A stretch of 64,000 nucleotides of DNA from Candidatus Woesearchaeota archaeon (GCA_002688315.1 NZCN01000015.1:2137-66136), one strand, 5' to 3'; positions 1 to 7,706 are shown, numbered from the stretch's first letter. Translations and numbers: made by a program. The notes: generated by a model from the letters alone, not told the origin.

Positions 1-142
1 TTCTGCACAACAATATCCAGAATTTTGTCATGATGTTCTTTTTCTTTCTGCATGCAAGTTATTTTATGAATCTTAGTATATAAAGATATCTGATAATTTC
101 GGAGAAATCTTTATAAAACAAGATAAACCATCAGATGATATT

Positions 143-227
143 GGGCCTGTGATCTAGTGGCTATGATGTCGCCTTTACACGGCGAATATCCCCAGTTCGA
201 ATTTTAGCGAAAGTCTGGGCAGGCCCA
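143..227 (+). tRNA. tRNA-Val(UAC) with a 12-nt T-loop intron (202..213, position 59/60)
   Basis: Hand-folded cloverleaf. Acceptor GGGCCTG/CAGGCCC, anticodon stem TCGCC/GGCGA, loop TTTACAC. T-stem CCCAG/CTGGG enclosing TTCGAA + ttttagcgaaag + T. Discriminator A, no encoded CCA. Confidence 0.85.
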
Positions 228-232
228 TTTAA

Positions 233-303
233 GCGCCGGTGGTTGAGTGGCACAATACGACCTTGCCAAGGTTGTGGCCCGGGTTCGATTCCCGGTCGGC
301 GCA
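233..303 (+). tRNA. tRNA-Gly(GCC), intron-less
   Basis: Acceptor GCGCCGG/TCGGCGC, anticodon stem CGACC/GGTTG with loop TTGCCAA, T-arm CCGGG TTCGATT CCCGG, discriminator A. Confidence 0.9.
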
Positions 304-398
304 TACCCATTGTATTCGCAACGTTGATCAGGTCACGAATAAAATGAGCCACTTATTCAACGCATACTTTTTATAAGATTCAAAATTCACTTTCTTGC

Positions 399-728
399 AT
401 GGGTGAAAGCTATACTAAAAGCGGAACATTAGTAGACTATAATAGTGAACAATCTGGAAATGGGACAAAAGTATCTATAGAAATAAAACCAGATGAAGAA
501 GAACTACTAAAAGTTACTGCTTATTTTCTGCGCAGTGGAACTGCTGAAGTGCAATTACAACCTTTTCTTGACGAACTTGACAATTCTCTAGACCAAAAAG
601 TAGAAGTTACGTTTAACGAAAGCAGGCCGCACAACTTTGCTCCGCCAACGCGAACAGTTCAGCGTATAGGATTGGCAAACGCGAGATTTAGAAGGATTGG
701 AAAAGCAAGAACACTTACCAAAAGATAA
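399..728 (+). CDS. hypothetical protein (109 aa), no recognisable domain
   Basis: ORF between tRNA genes. A TATA-like tttttataag (368..377) lies about 26 nt upstream of the ATG. No motif recognised. Confidence 0.35.
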   Translation: MGESYTKSGTLVDYNSEQSGNGTKVSIEIKPDEEELLKVTAYFLRSGTAEVQLQPFLDELDNSLDQKVEVTFNESRPHNFAPPTRTVQRIGLANARFRRIGKARTLTKR

Positions 729-740
729 GTAACATAACAA

Positions 741-750
741 CTTTTATAAA
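741..750 (+). promoter_or_regulatory. TATA box (cttttataaa) for tRNA-Ile
   Basis: aaCTTTTATAAACGAAAT lies about 27-35 nt upstream of the tRNA 5' end. It is near-identical to the element upstream of srp54 (1321..1330). Confidence 0.45.
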
Positions 751-776
751 CGAAATATTCATGCTTATTTCTTAAT

Positions 777-944
777 GGGCCCGTAGCTCAGCTTGGTTAG
801 ATGGTGTGATTACATCACACTAGACGAAAGCGCCAGTCTTATATGGCTACGCTTTAGGACAGCTGGATGTCGCCAGTTCAAACGAGAAATCGGAGATTTC
901 TGGTATCCCAGAACTCCGGTTCTGTGATAATCTGGTCGGGCCCA
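777..944 (+). tRNA. tRNA-Ile(UAU) carrying three introns: D-arm about 802..829, anticodon 844..860 (37/38), T-loop 883..930 (59/60)
   Basis: Exons assemble into a 75-nt cloverleaf. Acceptor GGGCCCG/CGGGCCC, D-arm GCTC-AGCTTGGTTA-GA|GC, anticodon stem CCAGT/GCTGG, loop CTTATA|A, variable ATGTC, T-arm GCCAG-TTCAAA|T-CTGGT, A73. The anticodon intron gives a 4-bp BHB central helix CTTA/TAGG. Confidence 0.75.
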
Positions 945-993
945 CCTTTTCTTAAACAAAAAATATTAAAAGAAGCATTGCTAAAGGAAACTT

Positions 994-1308
994 ATGGAAG
1001 ATGAAACAGCAACTCTAGGAGGAAACATACAACTTGTTGGATTTTCAGATTTAGAGCCTGCACAAATGATAGTTCTCAAAAAGATTGTAGGAACATATGC
1101 AAGAAAATTTTCCACCAAATACAGTAAATTCGAGCTGCTGAAACTGAGCATGAAAAAAATTCATGGGCAAAAACACTCTGAAAAATATGAAGTTCACACT
1201 CTGGTTGTGGATAACGGAACCCGAAACACTTCTACAGTAACAGAAAGAAACCTATTCTTCGCAATAAACGCTGCACTCAAAAAAGTTGAAAATGAGATAA
1301 GTAAATAA
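994..1308 (+). CDS. small protein, possibly HPF/YfiA (S30AE)-like ribosome-associated factor
   Basis: The 104-aa ORF has a C-terminal ...TERNLFFAINAALKKVENEI that resembles the HPF/RaiA ...DMYxAIxxxxxKLERQL helix. Similarity was judged by eye only. Confidence 0.45.
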   Translation: MEDETATLGGNIQLVGFSDLEPAQMIVLKKIVGTYARKFSTKYSKFELLKLSMKKIHGQKHSEKYEVHTLVVDNGTRNTSTVTERNLFFAINAALKKVENEISK

Positions 1309-1320
1309 AACTCTCACAAC

Positions 1321-1330
1321 CTTTATATAC
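1321..1330 (+). promoter_or_regulatory. TATA box (ctttatatac) for srp54; transcript probably leaderless
   Basis: aaCCTTTATATACGAAAT lies about 25-30 nt upstream of ATG 1352. There is no Shine-Dalgarno sequence in between. Confidence 0.5.
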
Positions 1331-1351
1331 GAAATTCTAGCACTATAGAGC

Positions 1352-2707
1352 ATGGTATTAGACAAATTAGGAGAGTCTTTGAAGAACACTCTGCAAAAGG
1401 TAGCAAAGAGTGTTTTTGTAGATGACAGACTAATTAACGAGCTTGTTAAAGACATACAGCGCGCTTTATTGCAGTCAGATGTAAATGTTCAGCTTGTGTT
1501 TAAGCTAAGCAAGGACATCAAAGAACGTGCTTTGAAAGAAGAAGTGCCTAGCGGAATAACACAAAAAGAGCACCTCATAAAGATAGTGTATGATGAGCTT
1601 GTTAAATTCCTTGGAGAGAAAGAAAGCGAAATAAAAACAGATAAAAAAAATACGAAAATAATGCTTCTAGGGTTATTTGGCTCAGGAAAAACAACAACAG
1701 CAGGAAAGCTAGCAAGGTATTTTCAGAAAAGAGGCTTAAAACTGGCTTTAGTGCAGCTCGACGTTTACAGACCTGCTGCTTTTGAACAGTTAAAACAGCT
1801 TGGTGAACAAATTAATGTTCCTGTTTTTGGAGATAAAAAAGAAAAGAACCCTCTGAAAATTTACAACAGCGTAAAAAAAGAATTAAGCAAGTTTGACGTA
1901 GTAATCATAGACACCGCTGGAAGAGACGCGCTTTCTAATGCATTAATTAAAGAGCTTAAAGAGCTTGGCAAGAAAATACAGCCTGAAGAAAGCCTTCTTG
2001 TTATGAGTGCAGACATAGGCCAAGCTGCACAAAAACAAGCAGAAGCATTCCATGAAGCAAAAACCATAACAGGAGTCATAGTAACAAAACTAGAAGGAAC
2101 TGCAAAAGGAGGCGGTGCCTTAACATCATGCGCAGCAACAGGAGCAAAAGTCAAATTTATTGGAATAGGAGAAAAAACAGAAGACCTTGAACGATTTGTT
2201 CCTGAAAGATTCGTAGGAAGACTTCTTGGAATGGGCGATTTGGATACTTTGCTTGAAAAAGCAAATGAAGCCATATCAGAAGAAGAAGCTCAAGATATGG
2301 GCAAAAAATTCCTGAAAGGAGACTTTAACCTGCTTGATTTGTACGAGCAAATGCAAACAATGAAAAAAATGGGATCATTAAGTAAAATAGTGGAAATGGT
2401 TCCTGGATTTGGGCAGTTAAAACTTCCAAAAGAAATGCTTGACGTTCAAGAAGGAAAATTGCAAAAATGGAAAATAGCAATGGCTAGCATGTCTAAAAAA
2501 GAGCTTGAAAATCCTGAAATAATTGATTCAGAACGCATTGATAGAATAAGCAAGGGCTCTGGAATTCCGGCTTCAGAAATAAGAGAGCTGATTAAACAGC
2601 ACAAGCAAAGTAAAAAAATGGTTAAAATGTTCAAAGGCGGCTCTCCAAAACAAATGGAAAAGATGATGAAAAAGATGGGCGGAATGAAAGGCCTGAAGAT
2701 GAAGTAA
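1352..2707 (+). CDS. srp54: signal recognition particle protein SRP54
   Basis: GTPase motifs GLFGSGKTTT, DTAGR and TKLEG are present, with a Met-rich C-terminal M domain. Confidence 0.97.
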   Translation: MVLDKLGESLKNTLQKVAKSVFVDDRLINELVKDIQRALLQSDVNVQLVFKLSKDIKERALKEEVPSGITQKEHLIKIVYDELVKFLGEKESEIKTDKKNTKIMLLGLFGSGKTTTAGKLARYFQKRGLKLALVQLDVYRPAAFEQLKQLGEQINVPVFGDKKEKNPLKIYNSVKKELSKFDVVIIDTAGRDALSNALIKELKELGKKIQPEESLLVMSADIGQAAQKQAEAFHEAKTITGVIVTKLEGTAKGGGALTSCAATGAKVKFIGIGEKTEDLERFVPERFVGRLLGMGDLDTLLEKANEAISEEEAQDMGKKFLKGDFNLLDLYEQMQTMKKMGSLSKIVEMVPGFGQLKLPKEMLDVQEGKLQKWKIAMASMSKKELENPEIIDSERIDRISKGSGIPASEIRELIKQHKQSKKMVKMFKGGSPKQMEKMMKKMGGMKGLKMK

Positions 2708-2801
2708 ACATATATTGTATATATTGCATTGAACAAAGTTTATATATTAAAATCAATAACTTTAATTCTTGTATAAAAAACTTTGTGGAAGGTGTTTATG
2801 A

Positions 2802-3242
2802 ATGATTTACGATAATATGCCAAAACTTTGGGTTAGTGCAGTTACGTTCCCGCAAGCAGGTAGCATAGGTTGGATGGGAAATATCGTCACTGTAGTGGCT
2901 GATTATTTTATGAAACCAATATCGTCTGGTTTAGATGAATGTGCTGGAAAAGAATGCGGTGATCAAGTTATTTTTCCTGGAACAATTACAACACTTGCAA
3001 GCGATGAAGGCAAGCCAGAAGATATTGCCAGATTATTGAGAAACAGCAATGTTCAAGCTAAATTGCCTAATGCTATGGGAATAGCTGTGCATGTAGACGG
3101 CGTGAACAATCCGTTTGATGTGGTAAATGACGCAAGAGACTACCTTCAAAATCAAGGTTATTCAGTAGGCCCTTCTGTCGGAGTAGCTGTTGGCGATCAC
3201 AGCAGAATGAGAACTCACGTTGTTCTTCCGATTGAGCAATAG
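2802..3242 (+). CDS. hypothetical protein (146 aa)
   Basis: ORF preceded by the SD-like GGAAGGTG. Its lysine-poor composition is atypical for this window. No motif recognised. Confidence 0.5.
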   Translation: MIYDNMPKLWVSAVTFPQAGSIGWMGNIVTVVADYFMKPISSGLDECAGKECGDQVIFPGTITTLASDEGKPEDIARLLRNSNVQAKLPNAMGIAVHVDGVNNPFDVVNDARDYLQNQGYSVGPSVGVAVGDHSRMRTHVVLPIEQ

Positions 3243-3336
3243 TTTTTCTAAATTTTTATTTTTTTATTAGTTAATAGCAAAGATAGCTATAATGACTGCA
3301 AACATTTAAAAGCCAACTAAATTCTCTAGTCGACAT

Positions 3337-3450
3337 GCCGGGATCGCATAATCTGGCATTGCGTAGCCCTGGAAACACGCATAGTCAGGCTATTTCCGTT
3401 GAGGATGTCTGGGTTCAAATTGCGAAAGCATGAAAGTCCCAGTCCCGGCG
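3337..3450 (+). tRNA. tRNA-Ser(GGA), class II, with two introns: anticodon 3375..3386 (37/38) and T-loop 3420..3436 (59/60)
   Basis: Acceptor GCCGGGA/TCCCGGC, G73, anticodon stem TAGCC/GGCTA, loop CTGGAA|A, long variable arm. T-arm CTGGG-TTCAAA|T-CCCAG. The T-loop intron contains a TGC-GAAA-GCA hairpin. Confidence 0.8.
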
Positions 3451-3507
3451 TATACATTTTATCACTAATTTTAAATACTAGCTGCTGATTTACAATTTAG
3501 TATTCTA

Positions 3508-4461
3508 ATGAAAGGAATTAAGCTTATAGCCGGAACAGCAAGCAAAGAGCTTGCTAAAACTGTTGCAACGCGTCTTGGTGTAACTCTTGTTGATGCAGAC
3601 ATTGGAAAATTCCCTAATGGAGAAATACGAGTGGAACTAAAAGAATCTGTAAGAAAGCAGGATATTTTCATAATACAGTCAACCTGTCCTCCGGTTAACG
3701 ACAATCTAATGGAACTTCTTATCCTAATAGATGCGCTAAAAAGAGCTTCTGCTGGTTTTATAACAGTAATAATACCTTATTTTGGCTATTCAAAACAAGA
3801 TAAGAAAAAAACCGGACGAGAACCTATTTCCTCAAAACTTGTTGCAAGAATGCTTGAAATGGTTGGAGTAAAAAGAGTTGTAACTTTTGATTTGCACGCA
3901 ACCCAAATAGAAGGATTTTTTGACATACCTGTAGAGAATTTAACAGCCATTAACATGATAGCAGATTATTTCAAGAAAAATAATATTAAAGACACGGTTA
4001 TTGTTGCTCCAGACGCCGGAGGCGTAAAGCGAGCCAGAGATTTGGCAAATGCAATGAATGCAAACAGACTGGCAATAATTGATAAATATCGCGAAGATTT
4101 TACAAAAGCCACTGCAATGAATGTTGTAGGCAAAGTAGAAAATATGAACGCCATAATAATCGACGATTTCATTGATACCGGAGGAAGCATAGTTGAAGCT
4201 GTAAAAGCTGTTAAAAACCATAATGCAGCAAAAATATGGGTAGCATGCACCCATCCATTGTTTACCGAGCCTGCAACACAAAGACTCAAAGAATTAGATG
4301 AATTAGAAGAAGTAATAGTCACCGACACTATACCCTTAGCAAAAGAAAAAATGTTCAAAAAAGTAAGAGTTCTAAGCACTGCTGATATAATCAGTGATGT
4401 AATTCAAAGGATTAGTGGCGGTAAATCCTTGCACCAACACAGGCCTAATAATAAGCATTAG
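3508..4461 (+). CDS. prs: ribose-phosphate pyrophosphokinase (PRPP synthetase)
   Basis: Contains PYFGYSKQDKK, DLHATQIEGFF and the PRPP-binding loop IIDDFIDTGGS. Confidence 0.95.
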   Translation: MKGIKLIAGTASKELAKTVATRLGVTLVDADIGKFPNGEIRVELKESVRKQDIFIIQSTCPPVNDNLMELLILIDALKRASAGFITVIIPYFGYSKQDKKKTGREPISSKLVARMLEMVGVKRVVTFDLHATQIEGFFDIPVENLTAINMIADYFKKNNIKDTVIVAPDAGGVKRARDLANAMNANRLAIIDKYREDFTKATAMNVVGKVENMNAIIIDDFIDTGGSIVEAVKAVKNHNAAKIWVACTHPLFTEPATQRLKELDELEEVIVTDTIPLAKEKMFKKVRVLSTADIISDVIQRISGGKSLHQHRPNNKH

Positions 4462-4464
4462 GAA

Positions 4465-4824
4465 TTAAAGTACAAAGAAATTATCGTCTCTTGTTTTATG
4501 ACCAAGAAAAATGTTTGTAGAATATCTAGATTTTCTTAATACACCTGTGATCTCGATACTTTCTAGTAACTCCTCTAAGTGTCCTTCTGTCTCTGCAACA
4601 GAATCAAAGGATTGTTTAGTTATAATAGCGTATTGAAATGGGGTATTGAATAAAGCAACATATATTTTTATATCGTAATCACCTACTAAAAATGCTTTGT
4701 ATTCATCAGGTGTATCAGGAAAGTTTTCTCCGCCAAGAGTTATGGCAGTCACTCCTGTATATGTACCCCAAGGAGTTTCAAAGCAATGATCATACTTACA
4801 TATGTTGTTTTTTTCTGCAGACAT
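4465..4824 (-). CDS. hypothetical protein (119 aa)
   Basis: ORF fills the gap between prs and pfdA. No motif recognised. Confidence 0.4.
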   Translation of the reverse strand: MSAEKNNICKYDHCFETPWGTYTGVTAITLGGENFPDTPDEYKAFLVGDYDIKIYVALFNTPFQYAIITKQSFDSVAETEGHLEELLESIEITGVLRKSRYSTNIFLGHKTRDDNFFVL

Positions 4825-4898
4825 GGTTATTAGCTAATGAGCATAACTATTTAAAATATAGCCAAAGTTTTTTAAAGTGTCCTAAATTCTAGTCTTGT

Positions 4899-5312
4899 AT
4901 GGCCGAAGAAGAAATAAAGCAGAAATACCTTGAACTTCAAATGGGTGCAGAGCAGATGAAGCATATGCAAACGCAAATGCAGGCTCTTGAAGAAAAAAAC
5001 CAGGAAGTTCAAGGAAATATGCAAAGCCTTGAAGATTTGAAAGGGCAAAAAAACTCTGAAATGCTTACTCCGATAGCTGAAGGAATTTTCTTAAAAGCAG
5101 AACTTAAGAATGACGATGAAGTTATTGTCAATGTAGGTGCAGGAGTTTGCGTTAAGAAAACAATTGATGAAGCTAAGAAGATGCTGCAGGGAAGGCAAAA
5201 TGAGGTAAACCAGTATGCCAGGGAAATGCACGGTGAAGTCGAAAAAGTGGCTATTGCAATGAAAAAGCTTGAAGAAGACCTTGGCAACATGCTTAAAAAT
5301 AAAAATGTTTAA
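4899..5312 (+). CDS. pfdA: prefoldin alpha subunit
   Basis: Coiled-coil N and C termini flank a beta-hairpin core (IVNVGAGVCVKKTIDEAKKML). It sits upstream of ftsY, as in many archaea. Confidence 0.85.
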   Translation: MAEEEIKQKYLELQMGAEQMKHMQTQMQALEEKNQEVQGNMQSLEDLKGQKNSEMLTPIAEGIFLKAELKNDDEVIVNVGAGVCVKKTIDEAKKMLQGRQNEVNQYAREMHGEVEKVAIAMKKLEEDLGNMLKNKNV

Positions 5313-6405
5313 GTTTCTCAAAAAGAATTTTAAAAAAGTTGTAACGAATTTCTCTAAGAAAACAGAAGAAGAGCTAGAGAAAGAACCTATTGTTGAAGAA
5401 AAAATAGTGCAGCCTGAAAAAAAAGAAAGCAGTTTTGAATCTGCAGTTGAAGAAATAAAAAAAGATCTGAAAGAAAAATCCGAGGAAATAGACGAAAAGG
5501 AGAAAAGAGATGAAGAAGAAAAGAAAAAAAGCGTTTTTAAAAAGTTGACAGATGTTGTTAAAGCAACTAAGATTTCTGAAGAAAAATTCGACAATTTGTT
5601 TGAAGAACTGGAAATAAGCCTTCTAGAGAACAATGTGGCGCTAGACGTGATTGAGAAAATAAAAAAAGACCTAAAAAGAAGCCTTGTTGACAAGCCATTG
5701 CAACGCGGAAAAGTTCAGGATATGGTAACTGAAAGCCTGAAAGAAAGTATTGAAAGCCTTTTCGAAACTGAAAAAATTGAATTGATTAAAAAAGTTAAGG
5801 AAAAGAAACCGTACATCATTATGTTTGCAGGAATAAACGGCTCAGGAAAAACAACCACCATAGCAAAAGTAGCAAAAATGTTCAAAAATAATAAGCTAAA
5901 ATGTGTAATAGCAGCGTCAGATACTTTCAGAGCAGCAGCCATACAGCAACTCCAGGAACATACTGACAAACTTAAATTAAAGCTCATAAAACACGATTAT
6001 GGCTCAGATCCTGCTGCTGTTGCGTTTGACGCTATAAAATATGCTGAAGCAAAAAAAATGGATGTTGTTCTTATAGACACGGCAGGAAGGCAGCATTCAA
6101 ACAGCAATCTGATAGAAGAAATGAAAAAAATTGTCAGAGTAGCGAAGCCTGACCTAAAGATATTTGTTGGAGAATCCATAACAGGGAATGACTGCATAGA
6201 GCAAGCGAAAAAATTCAATGAAGCTATTGGAATAGACGGCATAATACTATCAAAAGCAGACGTTGATGAGAAAGGCGGAGCTGCAATTTCTGTTTCTTAC
6301 GTAACAAAGAAACCAATTATTTACTTGGGAACAGGGCAAGAATATGAAGACCTGACACCATTTAAGTCTGAGTTGGTTGTTGAAAGTTTAGGATTGGCAA
6401 GTTAA
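5305..6405 (+). CDS. ftsY: signal recognition particle receptor FtsY
   Basis: Acidic N-terminal region, then GINGSGKTTT, DTAGR and SKADVDEKGG. Start re-picked to the ATG at 5305, which overlaps the pfdA stop (ATGTTTAA). Confidence 0.93.
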   Translation: MFKFLKKNFKKVVTNFSKKTEEELEKEPIVEEKIVQPEKKESSFESAVEEIKKDLKEKSEEIDEKEKRDEEEKKKSVFKKLTDVVKATKISEEKFDNLFEELEISLLENNVALDVIEKIKKDLKRSLVDKPLQRGKVQDMVTESLKESIESLFETEKIELIKKVKEKKPYIIMFAGINGSGKTTTIAKVAKMFKNNKLKCVIAASDTFRAAAIQQLQEHTDKLKLKLIKHDYGSDPAAVAFDAIKYAEAKKMDVVLIDTAGRQHSNSNLIEEMKKIVRVAKPDLKIFVGESITGNDCIEQAKKFNEAIGIDGIILSKADVDEKGGAAISVSYVTKKPIIYLGTGQEYEDLTPFKSELVVESLGLAS

Positions 6406-6744
6406 ATGAAAAAGAAAACATCAAAAAAAGCCGGAAAGAGAAAAATAGTTCGTAAAGTAGTTGAAAGCAAGCCAAGCATGTTGCTTGCTGTTACTGTTTT
6501 GATATTAAACACAATGATATGGCCTGGATTAGGAACACTCTTTTCAGGCAGAATAAAAATAGGAGCAATACAATTAGTAAGTTGCTTAACCGGATTTATT
6601 CTTGGAATTTTGGGATTTGTATTTGCGTTAATAAATCCAATACTAGGACTGGTTCTTGCAATGCTCGGAAGCGTAATGATAGTTGCTGCATGGGTTTGGG
6701 CTTTAGTAACCAGCATAATAATTGTAAGAAAAGCAAGCGAGTAA
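6406..6744 (+). CDS. small membrane protein (basic N terminus, 2-3 TM segments)
   Basis: The ATG immediately follows the ftsY stop. The hydrophobic profile (WPGLGTLFSGRIKIGAIQLV...) indicates a membrane protein. Confidence 0.6.
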   Translation: MKKKTSKKAGKRKIVRKVVESKPSMLLAVTVLILNTMIWPGLGTLFSGRIKIGAIQLVSCLTGFILGILGFVFALINPILGLVLAMLGSVMIVAAWVWALVTSIIIVRKASE

Positions 6745-6745
6745 T

Positions 6746-7411
6746 CTATTTCTTAAATTCTATTTTATCATCTAAGTAAATGCCTTGGTGGAGGGTTACT
6801 GGACGCCAACTGTCAATGATTAATTTTGCGTTCAACCATTCTGCAAGTTCTTCTGAATTGCCAATAGTTGCAGATAGTCCGATTAATTGCATTTGAGGCA
6901 GTAATTGCTTTAGAATCGTAATGAGAATCTCTAATGTAGGGCCTCTGCCAGGGTCGTTAAGAAGATGAATCTCATCAATAACAACCACTTTAACTGATTT
7001 TATCCATGGAGTGTGATGGCGGAGGAGAGAGTCTAATTTTTCTGAAGTCATAAACAGCAAATCATAATTTGCTAAGTAAGAATCTGAAGAATCTAAATCA
7101 CCTGTAGAAATTGCTATCTTAATCAGGTTGCCGTAACGCTGCTTGAAATCTTTGTATTTTTCAGCTGCTAACGCTTTTAATGGAACAATATAAATTGCCT
7201 TGCCTTTTCCGTTTAATATAGCAGATAATGCTGCTAATTCAGCTATTAAAGTTTTGCCAGAAGCAGTTGGAGTGCAAACCAGCAAGTTTTTTTCTTCCAA
7301 AAGGCCTGCTTTTACTGACTTAACTTGAGCAGGACGCAATTCAGCTATGTTAGATGCTACAATAGTGTAAAGCTGCTGCGGTAACTTGTCTTTTAACTCT
7401 GTAACGTTCAT
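6746..7411 (-). CDS. Hel308/Ski2-like helicase, RecA1 domain only (truncated or split gene)
   Basis: Q-motif/motif I (RPAQ...TPTASGKT), Ia, II (DEIH) and III (SAT) are present. The ORF stops right after RPVTLHQGIY, at the RecA1/RecA2 boundary. No RecA2 or later domains lie downstream in any frame. Confidence 0.8.
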   Translation of the reverse strand: MNVTELKDKLPQQLYTIVASNIAELRPAQVKSVKAGLLEEKNLLVCTPTASGKTLIAELAALSAILNGKGKAIYIVPLKALAAEKYKDFKQRYGNLIKIAISTGDLDSSDSYLANYDLLFMTSEKLDSLLRHHTPWIKSVKVVVIDEIHLLNDPGRGPTLEILITILKQLLPQMQLIGLSATIGNSEELAEWLNAKLIIDSWRPVTLHQGIYLDDKIEFKK

Positions 7412-7706
7412 AACATAAAGAACTTTATAGAAGTTTAAATGGTTTTTGAATAAAAATTAAAAAAAAGGCGAAAGTGATAAACGCCTTAACTATACCAACA
7501 GTCTAAGAGTTGTAGAGTAGAGCTCATTAATAAACTTTTTGGAAATTAACCCGAAAATATTTTAATTTTGTTGGAAGATTTTCAGGAGCTTTAAATACGC
7601 TTTGAAAATTTCTACAGTAAAACCGTAAGATTTCTAAGTTTTCTGAAAATTTTGCGGAAAATCAGCAGTTGAACTTAATAAGAAGCAATAACAGAAATAG
7701 TAATAC

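Noticed and set aside
161-352. Track ORFs lying over tRNA genes (161..352, 31010..31240, 31033..31269, 31181..31396, 24712..24954)
   Set aside because: They coincide with tRNA or tRNA-fragment sequence or with purine-rich repeats, and they have no protein-like features.
801-830. A strict hBHBh' fold for the D-arm intron of tRNA-Ile
   Set aside because: I could not place a 4-bp central helix with two 3-nt bulges for either possible junction (G|AGC or GA|GC). The intron call rests on restoring the GCTC/GAGC D-stem, and the boundaries are ambiguous by 1-2 nt. It probably uses a relaxed motif.
5091-5693. Long antisense or alternative-frame ORFs inside confirmed genes (e.g. 1861..2274, 3966..4379, 5091..5693, 25870..26280, 52452..52826, 55195..55566, 60059..60388)
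   Set aside because: They are shadow ORFs of strongly supported genes on the opposite strand or in another frame. Their sequences are low-complexity or Ser/Phe/Leu-rich, typical of antisense translation of AT-rich coding DNA.
7412-7706. A repeat array or origin-like element in the AT-rich spacer (several GAAAAT-containing words, one hairpin AAGGCG...CGCCTT)
   Set aside because: I could find no regular period, no ORB-like inverted repeats and no adjacent cdc6/orc1. It was treated only as an unusually long spacer within the helicase finding.
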